This document shows positions 38,194-50,939 of a stretch of DNA of 64,000 nucleotides, one piece after another. A program made the position numbers and the translations under genes. The stretch's first letter is position 1. Each line of letters begins with the position of its first letter. The notes under the pieces were generated by a model. It saw only the letters and a list, made by a program, of their open reading frames with translations, was not told where the DNA came from and searched no databases. Origin of the DNA: Heteronotia binoei (Eukaryota); contig NC_083223.1 in the NCBI RefSeq assembly GCF_032191835.1, positions 81,592,001-81,656,000 of the forward strand. Direction: 5' to 3'.

Positions 38194-38387
38194 GAAATCC
38201 TGGTTTGGGAATTCTGAAACATAAGGAGAAATATTACACCTTTTGTTCCAAAGAAGCTGCATATAGTTTTGCCAAAAATCCAGATAAATATATTAAGATG
38301 ATTGGAGACAAAGCAAAGGAAAGTCCAGAACTTATTCAACTGCTTGAACTTCATCAGCAGTTTGAATCTTTGGCTCCTTATTCTCAG
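38194..38387 (+). CDS. CFAP206: CFAP206 coding exon 10
   Basis: NPGLGILKHKEKYYTFCSKEAAYSFAKNPDKY...ELIQLLELHQQFESLAPYSQ. Confidence 0.95.
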
Positions 38388-39065
38388 GTATTTATTACAT
38401 TTATTCTTTGAGGGCATTTCCATACAACAGTTTTGCCAGGCACTGTAATACCAACTGGGGAAGTGAAGTATCTCAAAGAAGTATTTCCTAGTGGAGGGAT
38501 TTTTAGTGCTATACCTGTTTTGGTAATTCTGTTGCTTACTAGTCCACTGTGGACTAGCAGCACTCCCCACAAAGACTGGCAAACACCCAGCATGGCTTAT
38601 GGTTTGATTAAGCATTCCCAGCACTCCCAAACGGTGCCGTATGGAATCCCACTAAATGAATGTTTCTAACTCTTTTTACCTCCTAATTTTATTCAGATGT
38701 CCTTGATGAGAACAAAACAAAGAAACCCTGTACACAGAAAGCATGTTTTTTTAAAAAATCCAAGTTGAGTTATCCTGACCATTATTTTCAAGCAAGTAGA
38801 CTATTATAACATGTTCTGCTAAGGGGTGCTTGAAAACAAGAAACAGCAATTTGTCCAAAATTCAACAGCTAATTATTGACTTGACATACTGCTTGGTACA
38901 TATAACACCTGTTTCAAAACATTTAAATATTTGTTTTCATGTTCAATAGAGGGTGTTGTTTTTGACCCTTAAAACCCTTCATGACCTCAGACCTTTGTAA
39001 CTGAAGGACTAGTTTTTCCCATAAGGAGAGGAAGTGAAGGCCAGTAGAGGGATGGAACTTATGAA

Positions 39066-39339
39066 TGTAAAGGTAGTCCCCTGTGCAAGCACCAGTTGTT
39101 TCCGATTCTGGGGTGACGTTGCATCTCACAATGTTTTCACGGCAGGGTGGTTTGCCATTGCCTTCCCCAGTCATCTACACTTTCCCCCCAGCAGGCTGGG
39201 TACTCATTTTACCGACCTTGAAAGGATGGAAGGTTAACTCAACCTTGAGCCAGCTACCTGAACCCAGCTTCCGCTGGGATCGAACTCAGGTTGTGAGCAG
39301 AGCTTGCACTGCAGTACTACAGTTTGCCACTCTGCCCCA
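39066..39339 (-). mobile_element. Sauria SINE (Squam1)
   Basis: Reverse strand carries the GCAGAGTGG...CTGCAGT head, CAAGGTTGAGTTAACCTTCCATCCTTTC core and GGGGACTACCTTTAC tail. Confidence 0.88.
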
Positions 39340-39399
39340 CTTATAGTCCCCTGCAAATCCTAGTGGGTTCCCCTCTTGTAATATCTGTTTTTGTTTCAG

Positions 39400-39540
39400 A
39401 TCAAAAGCAAAGACAAGAGTTTGAAACCCATCACAAAGTGTGACAGCAGTACTCAGACTGATACACACATCCTGCCACCAACTATAGTAAAGGATTATGA
39501 GTGGAATGAATGGGAACTGAGGAGAAAAGCCATCAAACTG
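39400..39540 (+). CDS. CFAP206: CFAP206 coding exon 11
   Basis: IKSKDKSLKPITKCDSSTQTDTHILPPTIVKDYEWNEWELRRKAIKL. Confidence 0.95.
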
Positions 39541-40717
39541 GTTTGTGTCTACATTGTTTGAGTTTATTAAAACTTCACAGTGTGACCTTTTTTACAGTGC
39601 TGAAAGATACCTTTTCTGCAGTCATCAGGAAGCAGAATGTAAACAGCAGTACTGAACATGATTTAATGTATTGCTATATTCCCCATAAAATTCCAGAATG
39701 CTCATCCCTACTGTTCTGTTTCATTGGAAGAAGTCAGTTCAGCAGGGGTCTCAGCTATGCCTTATAATTGTCCCTTTACATTTTGTTACTTCCCTTTTAT
39801 TTCAAAGCATAGCTGTGTTCATCCCTCCCCCCACCATGCTTTATTTCCTGAACTCATGGTATCCATTGCCTGAACTCATGGTATCCATTGCCTGCTCCTT
39901 CATCAGTTCATTTTCCAGAGAGAGGAGGAAGACTTCAATTACTGCTTTTTCTTTTGCAGCAAATGTAGTTTTTTTATTCACATAATGCACAATCAGGAAA
40001 CAAAAATAATGATCACCTTTGCTATAAAGATTAAACGTAGGTTGTGGCCCTCCCAGGGGGCAGCAGGACATCATAATTGATTTCCATAGTCAGCAGAGTC
40101 TCACTAGATGCAGTGTTGTTTTGGGGATGGGCATGAAAGTTCATCATGAATTTTGGCTAGTTTGTGAACTGGAGAGCCAGCACAATTTTTTTTTTTTTTT
40201 TTGCAGTTTCTGAGGAGCAGAAAATGCTCTTTCTGCTCTTCACAAAAAACCGCAGAGCGCCCTGCTACTCAGCTGTTTGATATAAGTGGCTCAGAGCTAT
40301 TTAAACCATTGTTTTCTGCTCCCTGGTGCTTCCCCCAGAGATCATAATACAGGAATTTAAACTTTAAATGGTTCACAAACCAATACAAACTGATTTGGTT
40401 TGTGACCTGACCTTTCGGTTCATGATCCATTTGGTGGTTCAGCCATGAACCGAACCACAAAAATGTGGTCCATGCCCATCCCTAGTGTTGTTCCTTATTT
40501 GCCTCTTTATTGGATGCCCACAAAATTTGTACAGACTTCCTCATAAAAGCAGTTCCCTTCACCCACCTGTTTTTGCCCCTCAGACTTCAGGGGCTGAACT
40601 TTGCCTCTGCCTTAGGGCCGTTCCACCAGGATGGTAGCCTTATCAATGCTCCCGGCTCCGCACCTCTTCCTTTAGGTTCTTTTTTCTTTCTTATTTGCAT
40701 CTCCTCAGCTTTGCTTA

Positions 40718-41020
40718 GGAGCCCCATGGTGCAGAGTGCTAAAGCTGCAGTACTGCAGTCTAAGCCCTCTACTCACAACCTGAGTTCAATCCCGGAGGAA
40801 ATTGGGTTCAGGTAGCCGGCTCAGGTTGACTCAGCCTTCCATCCTTCCGGAGTAAGTAAAAGGAGTACCCAGCTTGCTGGGGGTAAAGTGTAGATGACTG
40901 GGGAAGGCAACGGCAAAGCACCCCATAAAAAGTCTGCTGTGAAAATGTCATGATGCGACCTCATCACCCCAGAGTTGGAAACGACTGGTGCTTGCACAGG
41001 AGACTACCTTTACCTTTTTA
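40718..41020 (+). mobile_element. Sauria SINE (Squam1)
   Basis: Same head, core and (ACCTTT)n tail. Confidence 0.9.
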
Positions 41021-41448
41021 GCTTTGCTCAGCCAGCTTGCATTCCTGACCTCCTCAGTCTTTTCTTACATTGCCCTTTTAATCTCTGGGGTCAAGCCCAG
41101 TGCTACCCCTCCCTTCTCAGAACTGTGTTGCTCTCTTAACCCTTTTCATGTCTTTGCCCCACTCCAGCTGGGTTTGCATAGGGCTGTTACTGTCTTCTCC
41201 TTAGGAGCCCCACCTTATCATGGAGCATCTGCTTCCTTTTGCCCAATAAGTGGAGCCTTCTCTGCCCTCCACAGCTGCCTTTGTGCCTCCCCTGAAGAAG
41301 ACCTGTGTAAAATGTTAAAAGGAAGCTGTCAGGCTGAGAAATAGAAGTTGAATTAAAACAATCAGGGTGAGGGGCAATCTAAAGGAAGAATTCTCTAGGA
41401 AACTTCTGGAGCCCTTTACCAGAACTCATTTTGGTGGTTGGTCCTGCA

Positions 41449-41735
41449 GGAGCCCCACGGCGCAGAGTGTTAAAGCTGCAGTATTGCAATCCTAAGCTCT
41501 GCTCATGACCTGAGTTCGATCCCCGGCATAGCTAGGTTTTCAGGTAGCCAGCTTGAGGCTGACTCAGCCTTCCATCCTTCCGAGGTTGGTAAAATGAGGA
41601 CCCAGCTTGCTGGGGGGAAAGTGTAGATGACTGGGGAAAGCAATGGCAAACCACCCTGTAAAAAAGTCTGCCATGAAAATGTTGTGAAAGCAACATCACC
41701 CCAGTCAGAAACGACTGGTGCTTGCACAGGGGACC
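41449..41735 (+). mobile_element. Sauria SINE (Squam1)
   Basis: Same head and core, ending at GCACAGGGGAC. Confidence 0.88.
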
Positions 41736-41819
41736 ATGCAGCATAGTGGCTAAGACCATGCAGTTGCAATCTAATTGAAAAAAATGTCACACATGAAGTC
41801 CTAAAGGGTGGGGGGAAAT

Positions 41820-42135
41820 AATGAGAAAATTCTGGAATGTTGCGAGTTGATAATATCTGGGATTGAGACAGTAGACAAAGTGAATTTTTTTCCCTCTCCC
41901 AAAATACTAGAACTCAAGGGCACCCAATGAAACTGATAGGCAGTTGGTTCAGGATGGACAAAAGGAAATACTGATTTACACAGAGAGTGATTAAAATGTG
42001 GAATTCACTGTCAGAGGATGTACTGATGGCCACAGGAATAAACTGCTTAAAAAGGGGATTAGATAGATTTCATGGAGGATAATTCTATCAATGACTGTAG
42101 GGAACTTCTACATTCAGAGGCACCAATCCTCTGAA
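41820..42135 (+). mobile_element. Old CR1-type LINE 3' fragment
   Basis: Decayed translation NTRTQGHPMKL...FTQRVIKMWNSL...LDRFM. Confidence 0.75.
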
Positions 42136-42279
42136 TCCCAGAGCCAGAAGGTGTCATCAAGGGAAGGTCTTAGCCACTATGCTGTTGCTGGCCATTCAGA
42201 GGAGTTGGTTGGCCACTGTGTGAGACAGGATGTTGGATTAAATTGATCATTAGTTTGGTCCAGCAGTGCTCATCTTTTG

Positions 42280-42430
42280 TCGGCCCTGGTTAGTTAGTAT
42301 TTGGAAGGGAAACCATCAAGAAAGTCCAGGGTTGTGACTTGGAGGCAGGCAATGGCAAACCAGCTCTGAACATTTCTTGCCTTGAAGACCCTATGGGGTT
42401 ACCCTAAGTCAGCTGTGACTTGACTGTGAA
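42280..42430 (+). mobile_element. 5S rRNA-derived SINE with Sauria/RTE-like tail
   Basis: CGGCCCTGGTTAG..AGTATTTGGAAGGGAAACC (5S-like), then GCAGGCAATGGCAAACC...GTGACTTGAC, as at 6380-6540. Confidence 0.65.
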
Positions 42431-42505
42431 AAAGCATGAGCAGTTCATACAGTTTTTTAACTGCTAGCTGCAATTGTGATTCTTCTTATATCTTTGTTTC
42501 TTCAG

Positions 42506-42736
42506 GCTAACTTGCGCAGAAAGTTAACACATTCTGTGCAGACTAATCTTAGTCATATGCGAAGGGACAACTCTGCTCAGGTGTACCTGATGAAAGATTC
42601 CAGCACACAGACCAAGCGTGAAAACAGCAGTAATGTACCTAAGCCACAGATTTTCTTGGCTGGACTTCGAGGAGGAACTCCCCCCATTACTCACATGACA
42701 AAAGTGAACTTAACAAGAGCAGTTGATGAAACATAG
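42506..42736 (+). CDS. CFAP206: CFAP206 coding exon 12 (last)
   Basis: ANLRRKLTHSVQTNLSHMRRDNSAQVYL...IFLAGLRGG...VDET*; AATAAA at 42910-42915. Confidence 0.95.
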   Translation, partial: ANLRRKLTHSVQTNLSHMRRDNSAQVYLMKDSSTQTKRENSSNVPKPQIFLAGLRGGTPPITHMTKVNLTRAVDET

Positions 42737-43216
42737 TCAGAAAAGTTGTGAAGTCTCTCAAGAAATTAATTTAAAAAAAAAAAATCCTCCAGTGATTCAG
42801 AGACAATTATTAAAGTCCATGTAATACGCTTACAAACTGACTTAATTTGACAGTGAATTTCTACACATTGGTGGCATTCTAATAACAAGAACTGATAAGC
42901 TGTATATGTAATAAATATATATGTAATAATATTATTAGACAGGCCAAGCTAAAGCATTAGGCATCATTGCTGACTGTTCCATTCTATGATCCTGCATTGG
43001 AAAGTATAGGCAAGGCAGCAGTAGCCTCTTCCAACCCATAGGGTTTCTTGTTTATGCCCCCATAGATTTGTGTTTCCTGTACCTTGTATTAGTTTCTCAG
43101 AGGCTAATATTCCACTCCCACTGTGGTAATATATATGCAGGTTTATCTTTTTGTCATAACAACTGTAAAACAGTGGCATAACCACAGAAACAATGGGTAG
43201 ATTTTGTATTACCATT

Positions 43217-43517
43217 GAGCAGCCCCATGGCACAGAGTGGTAAAGCTGCAGTACTGCAGTCTGAGCTCTGATCACAACCTGCGTTTGATCCCAATGGAAG
43301 CTGGGTTCAGGTAGACGGCTCAAAGTTGACTCAGCCTTCCATCCTTCCAAAGTCAGTAAAATGAGTACCCAGCTTGCTGGGGGGGGAAAGTGTCGATGAT
43401 TGGGGAAGGCAATGGCAAACCACCCTGTAAAAAAGTCTGCCGTGAAAACATTGTGATGCGACGTCACCCCAGAGTCAGAAACGACTGGTGCTTGCCCAGG
43501 GGACTACCTTTTTACTT
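43217..43517 (+). mobile_element. Sauria SINE (Squam1)
   Basis: Full head, core and tail. Confidence 0.9.
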
Positions 43518-44639
43518 TATAACTGAGGGCTGCATGAGCAAAAAGCACCTTGTGGTGGCCACAATTTGAATTGCATATTCAAATTGCAGCCCTCTCTCAC
43601 TGTACCCCATGCTGTTCCCAAACTCTGCTGATCTTCAGGAGTTTTTGTGTGGTGCGGGGGGCTGCAAAAGAGGGGGGGGGGAGAATCTGTTCTTCAAGCA
43701 GAGCTCTGCTTGCATCTATCTGGCTGAATCAAGGGAAAATTGATGAATTGCATACTATTCAAATGTTAATGAAATGCAAATGAATTTTACTAAACACCTT
43801 ATTTAAAGCCAGTTTATGGTGACCTGTTCAGTTTATTGGTTTACTTCCAGTAGTTTTCTGTTAAAATCTACCATTGTCCATGTCTTCTGGCCCAATCACT
43901 GCCCTAGTAAAAGTGCATTTAACTTCTTTTTTGTTCTTCAAATTTTTTTATCTGTTCTAGTTTACACAGTTTTGCAGCTCACCCAATCCAGATGGGCATT
44001 ACTTCCCTAACTTAGTGCCACTTAAGAAAGGTGAATGTTCCTTTTCAGCATTTGCCTCCTTACATAGTCTCTTGTCAGACACCCTTCAAAATACGTAATT
44101 TTTATGGCTTGTTTCTGCAAACTGTATTGCTAAACAAACACATCATAGTTTACAGATATCTGATCTCTAAAATGGGTAACTGGTATAGTCTCTGATTCTT
44201 TATTTCTCATAGTTTTTTAGCATAAGTGCCTTCCATTTAATTTCAAAAGGCCTGAGATGATGAGTTAGCTGCTATATCTAAAACATTAATTATTATTACC
44301 ATAAGTTAGAGGAGTATAAATACATAGCTCATTTATACGTAATCCATTTAAATTTAAATTTGGCATGTTCTATTTTTTTAAAAAAATATTTGCATCCCTC
44401 CCTACCGGGAATTTGTTTTGCTAATTTTATTTTCTGAACTCAGAATGAACAGTAATATGCAAAGAAAAAGTAAAAACCAGTTCTACACAGATCCTCATGG
44501 ATTCCCTAGATTTTCCAAAACTCCCCCAAATCCAATATCACATCACATGTCAAAAGCCAGGACCACACATTAAAAAAAAAAATGGCAGGACTGTAGGTGA
44601 CCATCATGAACCACCCAATCCAAGGAGCCAAATTAAGAC

Positions 44640-44960
44640 ACAAACAATAACAGGAAATGAAACAAATTGTTAAAGGTTTTCTATTCCTTGGCTCATTCAT
44701 CAACCAAAATGAAGAGTGCAACCAAGAAATCAGAAGGAGATTGAAACTAGAAAGGGCAGCCATAAAGATGCTACAAAAGTTACTTAAGGGTAAGAATGTG
44801 CTGCTGGCAACTAAAGTAATTCATACTATTCCCCATTACTATGTATGGGTGTGAAAGTTGGACAGTGAATAAAGTTAACAGGAAGAAAGCTGATTCCTTT
44901 GAAATGTGATATTGAAGAAGTTTTACAGATACCATGGATGACCACAAAGGAAAATAAGTC
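44640..44960 (+). mobile_element. Old RTE/BovB-like fragment
   Basis: FLFLGSFINQNEECNQEIRRRLKLERAAI, homologous to the BovB FLGSKITADGDCSHEIKRRL region. Confidence 0.75.
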
Positions 44961-45805
44961 TGGCAAGTCTAGGCATAATGAGGAGCTAGGGAACCACTCA
45001 GCCTCCAACTTCATCTCAAGGCTTCTCACTCACCTCAGCTGGCTTCCTTTGTCCCAGCCAAAGGCTCCCTTAGACTCTGAGCATGGTTTCTGCCAGTGCC
45101 AAGCCTTCTCCAGTGCTGACTTCTGGGCCCGTCACTCAACTTGCCTTTACTGGAAGGGCCCTTCCCTTCATACCTGTCTTACTCCTCCCATTGGGTGACA
45201 TACCCAAGCACTGTCTTTTAAAGGAAAAAAGAACCAGAGCTACATGGATTCTCAGGTTTTTTTTTTCCAAATTCCCCCAAATCCAGGATCAAATCACATG
45301 TCAAAGTCAGGACAATGAACTGAACCTTAAAAAATTTAGATCCATTCTGGTCAAGGAAAGTATGTGGATACCCTTAAGACAGAAGTTAAACACAGACTTC
45401 GAAAAAAATGTATATGCTTTTAATAAATTTACAATATTTAACTCATTTTTTCAAGAATCCTTTCTTTGTAATGGTTTGTTATTATATTAACAATGCACAA
45501 CACCTTGTATAAACTCTGATTTGCAGGAAATTTCATCAACAGCATATCAAATGCCTTCGTTACTCTTTATTTTGAAACATCAACTAGAAAAAGACACTGG
45601 AGGTAACACAGCAGTGATTTCCTCTGCATCTGGGATTATCATATGTGGTGTTCTATGTAAAAAAAAAAATCAAACACTAAAGACTTCAATGCTTTAAAGC
45701 AGACATGCATATTTGTGGGGAAATGTCAGTCCATAAAATATTAAAGGGGGAAAAAACCCAAAATAATTGTCCGTATACCCAGTTTCCTGACAAAGGCCAA
45801 GGGTC

Positions 45806-45895
45806 TTATTTTGGTGGGTCTGTGTTTATTCCATATTTCTCCTTCAGAAGTTTCAGCTGTTCTTCCTTTTTCTTTGTATCCATTTTTTGGAATGC
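45806..45895 (-). CDS. SF3B6: SF3B6 (p14) exon 4 (last)
   Basis: AFQKMDTKKKEEQLKLLKEKYGINTDPPK*; acceptor TTTTAG; candidate AATAAA on the minus strand at 45566-45571. Confidence 0.97.
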   Translation of the reverse strand, partial: AFQKMDTKKKEEQLKLLKEKYGINTDPPK

Positions 45896-47038
45896 CTAAA
45901 ATAAAATAGAAATATAGTGTAAATAAATCAACTCTCAATTCAGACCAATTCTACCAATATTATTTAAATTATCTTTTCTTATTTAACCAATTCCTTATTT
46001 AACCAATCAAGATGTATTATGCTTAACTATGTCTCAAGAGAAATGCCTGCATTTAATTCCTCAAAAGTGAACCAGGTCCTTTGGAAAGGGACCAATGCCA
46101 CACTAAGAAGTTGACTGCAAACAATATTGTACAAGAAATGTCCCATTTCACCACTACTTTAGCTTCTATTTGTTGGGAAAAATATTTATTAAAATAATTA
46201 TAAATAAAGTAATATAGGACCCAAAGTTCAATGGGGAGAATGCATATGCCAGGGAGGTGTATAAACTGTTATTGACTTGTAAACAGTCACCCTTCTCAAT
46301 TGTACGTGGCAAGTAATCACCTCCACATAATCAAACTGCTTCAGATTCATAAACTGCAAAGTGTTTCAGGTCAATGTATCAAAAATAACAATCTAGTCGT
46401 GCATGAGTATGCAAATATGAAGATCACAGATCTTTCCAACATTCCACCCACCTTAATAGTCCCTTCTGATGACAGGAAAGTTTATTCCTTCAGTTTTCTA
46501 ACTCTTGTTGACCAGCCTTAGCCTCCCTCTCCCTCCCCCTTTTTTAATGCAGAAGGACACTGCACATGTCTCCAAGGCTTTGGAGAAGACCTTTGCCTGA
46601 AATGTACTGACTTGCTCTCCCCGCACAATAAAACACACCTCCATGCTTGTTCTAAACCTCCAGGGAGGCTTGCATATTAATTACATAAGAAAGCCACTGT
46701 GAATGTAACACCACTATGTCCTTTGGGGTAGACTACATTATGTCATTGTTCATCACCAAGACTTGTGAACAGGGAGATAAGTTTTATTTCAATTCTGGGT
46801 CAAAGTTGGCTGTATCCAAATTTGTTTTGATTTGGCTGCAGTTGAGATCACAAAACGTTACCACTAACAACTTTTAGTACATCCCAAATCAATTCTGGTT
46901 TAAACAAGAAATGCTAAGGGCTGAGTACTATATCAGTGGGAAGGCACTGATGGCTGTCAATCTTTCCTGTGGTCCCCTCCCTCCAGCACACCTTTCTGAT
47001 GATGGAAAAATTTATTCCTGGGGCAATAGTCATGTGAC

Positions 47039-47211
47039 TAGGGCTCTTTCTAGCAGGAGCTCCTCTGCATATTAGGCCACGCCCCCTGATGTAGCGAATC
47101 CTCCTGGAGCTTGCAGTGGGCCCTGTACTAAGATCCCTCTAAACTCTTGGAGGATTGGCTACATCAGGGGGCGTGGCCTAAAATGCAGAGGAGCTCCTGC
47201 TAGAGAAAGAG
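47039..47211. mobile_element. Palindromic hAT-type MITE in SF3B6 intron 3
   Basis: Hairpin of the 26526 family; 8-bp TSD CATGTGAC (47031-47038 and 47212-47219); right TIR slightly truncated. Confidence 0.85.
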
Positions 47212-47974
47212 CATGTGACTATCTGAATATACAGGTTCCACAAACCAAGGGATAAACTTTCCTACAGTCAGAAAAAACTGCTGGAGAGAGTAAGGATTAA
47301 TCATCTTTGTGTCCATGGATCTCAGGACCCAACCCACTATATTCCCAATGTAATGCTCATTTACACAGTTGCGCAGGGTAAATTAATGAACCTAGTGTGC
47401 TACAATCAAACCTTAGGGCTAAAGGTATAGTCCAGGAGCATCTAATACAGCCACTCTGCTGAAGCTAAGCAGTATGGGGACTGGTTAGAACCACAGTGCA
47501 AGACCTCCTAAGTACCCTTTATATGTTGCCTCAAGCTCTACAGAAGAAAATATAAATTTGCTTCCATATTTCTCATAACAACTCCAGCTATAGCACATGG
47601 AATTTGTATGGAAAGGAACTCATTCTTAATTCTACATACAGTCCAAAACAAAGGGTAGGGCAAGTCTCCCTTCTTGCCATTGCTCCCCAGCCTTCCAAAA
47701 TGCCTGGACAAACCCAAAATGTATAATGTTCCTCACAGCTACTGATTTTATTGTGCCTGTGATTCATTCTATTGAGACCAGCAGGCATGCCAATCACAGA
47801 GCTGTTCAAACCCTGTCCTCAGTCATTTGAATCAGGCAGAAAGCAAGGGAGATTCCATGTTATCTTGAATTATTCCAGTACTGTTCTCACAATGCCTTTG
47901 TCCAAATGAAATTAAAAGTTCATTTTACATGGTACCAACTGCTAAATTATTTAAGAAAAAGTTCATATACTTGC

Positions 47975-48113
47975 CCTATTTGCATTATAGTACAAGACCA
48001 CAAGGTATCTGTTGCACACGTTGAATCCTGACAGATGATCACAAGCATTTTTTGCATCAAAGATATCTTCATAAACAACATAAGCTGTTCCTCTAGTCTC
48101 AGGAGTATTTCCT
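47975..48113 (-). CDS. SF3B6: SF3B6 exon 3
   Basis: (V)[46 protein letters not shown]; acceptor CTACAG; donor AGG|GCAAGT. Confidence 0.97.
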
Positions 48114-49076
48114 CTGTAGAGTAAGCACAGTTTTAACAACATTAGGGCCCCAATTGCATGTGCCTAAAATTGGCTGCACATATAGAATCTACCGTGCATC
48201 TGCTTTGAACACACAGAAAAGGATTCTTAGCAAACTCTATCAATCAAGAAACAAACATCAAGTAAAGCCTACTGATGAAGTGAACAACTGTACTAAGATA
48301 ACCAACCACGTTTTTTCAGCCTGTTGCCAATGTGACTTACAAGGGCTCAAGATCCTCAAAAAGCAGGACAACGAAAACAGGATCAACTGCAGGGTTCCAT
48401 ATGCCCTTACAGAGCAAGTATCACAAATGCTGTTAACTTCATTCATTGCATAAACATATATTAAAGGACACTCTGAGTCTGGCATGGTACTCCCAGAAAG
48501 CACGGTTGTTTCTGCTGGCTAACAACTGAAAAGGTACAATCTTTCTTTAAACTAGAACCTGATAAAACAGAACAAACTTCTATTGTTATATGATATACAT
48601 AACGACTTTGACTCAGTTCTTAATTATTTATCCTGGCGTTCTGTTGCTCTGTAATGTCATTTTAAATGGTCAAATCCTTCCTTGATCATTTCACCCTCAA
48701 ATCTGCTATTATTCCAAGAATCCTCCAAATTTTGTTTTATAGGAAATACTTCTAGAGCAATTTTATAGCATCAATTTCATTATAGTATTTTCCTATGTTG
48801 TGGATCTAGTAACTCGTACAAATGAATCTGTGCAATCCCAGTCTCTTCATTCTGAACTTATATTCTAAGGTTTGCATGGCTTATGGTATATATTGGTCTT
48901 CTGCAATTCTGTACCTTCCCTGATTACAAACTTTGTTTTAGCTGGACCTTTGTGCTGTTTTACACATAAAGCTGAAATAATGTCCTGCAAGTCAACCAGA
49001 AAGTTGTTTGTCTTAAATACATTGCTTAAAAAATTATATTATTAACCCTCACTTTTGGAACATTTCATAGACTTAC

Positions 49077-49195
49077 ACTCTGATTTGTCGAATGGGTCCA
49101 TATTTTCCAAAAATATCATACATTTCTTCAGCTGTGATTTTATATGGCAGATTTCTGATATACAAAATTCTGTTGACTTCAGGGGGCAGACGAAT
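49077..49195 (-). CDS. SF3B6: SF3B6 exon 2
   Basis: [39 protein letters not shown] (RRM); acceptor TCTAG; donor GTAAGT. Confidence 0.97.
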
Positions 49196-50939
49196 CTAGA
49201 TTTGGTTAAACGTATAAAATTAGCAACAGAAACTTAGATTTCCAGAAGATAAGCATTACACTTTAAACTTTCTGTGTCACCCATACTGTTGATCAAAGCT
49301 TCCTTATTCTTTGCAGTTATACAGTGTCACACTCCAAGGCCTTAATACAGCTGTTTAGGGAAAAAACAGGATAATTTGGGCTGCTTATAATGGACTTTGC
49401 TGTAAGTTTTAAAATGGTATCTCCCCATTTCATTTAACTTGCAATTGTATTGACATTTAGGCTCCCTGATTTCAGTGAGCCTATTTACATACAATTAAGC
49501 TGTGAAATCTGAACTGCATCCAAAAAAGGCAAGTGATCAGTCCAAAGGAATGCTAAGATATACAAAATTTTGAATAAAGCAATGGAAGAAAATGTAGTCA
49601 GGGCTAGGACTGGTAGACCACCCCCCAAAAAGAGAGAAGAGAGACTAAAATGGCAGGAAAAGTTACTGAAAAGAGACTAAAAGAGACCAAGTCACCAAGT
49701 ATGCCATATGGTTCAAATGTTTGATGCTCACGTTTTTGCACTAAAAAATCTGATAAATAAAATATATGTATTTTTCATTAATTCCCAACCAAAAAAAGGC
49801 CAGTGTTGGTACCTAGGTTTTGTTGTGCCAAGTGCATAGAGGACAGTCACTCCAGGACGATTATTCTCAGAGGATTCTAATCGCAGGATGACCCTCAGTC
49901 ATGACAAAGGAGGGGGGGGGGAGATTACTCCTGACCTTCGTCCCCCTCTTCTCTGTCTCCCACTTTCTCTCGTTTGACCCTCCTGGTCTCTGCATGCGGA
50001 ATCAAGCGGGTGCACCCTCCCCAGCTCTCCCTTGACGTCCCTCTTAAATAATCAATTCCTAGGCTTCCCCACCCCTCACCCACGAAATGCTGAAAACTTG
50101 CTCCGGGTATGTTTCCACCTTTCTGGAAGGTGGATCTCTACAGGACATCAAGGTCACATCTCTGTCTCTGTGAGGCTTGATCTCTCTTCCTCTTCTATTC
50201 ATCTTCTTTTAGGCTTTGGAGCATCTCCAGATTTCAAAGCTCTGCCAGTCCATCCCTCTTTGGTGAATATTTCCTGGAATTCTTGTCTGCTATATCCCTC
50301 CTTGTTTTCCACAACCCTATCTCCCCAGCTCTCCTCCAGTGTGATAGTGGCCTCCTTGCTTGGAGATGGGAGGTAACTCCTGTCTTCCCCGGGGACCAGA
50401 GTCTCCGAACTCAGACAGCTAGTTGAGACCAGAAACAAATATGTAAGTATACACATTTTGTGTAACTACAAAATGATAAAGAATATATTTTTTCTTTCAG
50501 AACTTGAGTGGGATGTAAATTTACTTCAACAGTCACACTAAAAAAACTGAAAAAGTTCTTTAGCTTGGCATCAAATGGATTATCATCATTTATGATATTA
50601 TCTACTAGTGGTTTTCTTCCCACTTAACTTTTTCAGTTTGTTAATCAAGCTATTTTTAACTTCAAAACTTCCCAAAAATATGTAGTGTATCATACAGTAG
50701 AATATATTATATATGCATATATATTCATGCACAGTATATCACTTGGTGTTTAAGGCTAAGTCTCATTTGTTTCTGGTCCTGGATGGGGTATAGCTTGTTC
50801 ATTTATTACTGAATAAAACAAAAAACTACACTAAAAAGCATGATTAGGATTGTTGTTGTTGTTAAATAGAATGCTAATTCAAATAAAAAATAAATCAAGA
50901 ATTTTGGGGGGTTTTACCAAAGAAAGCAGTGGTCAAACT

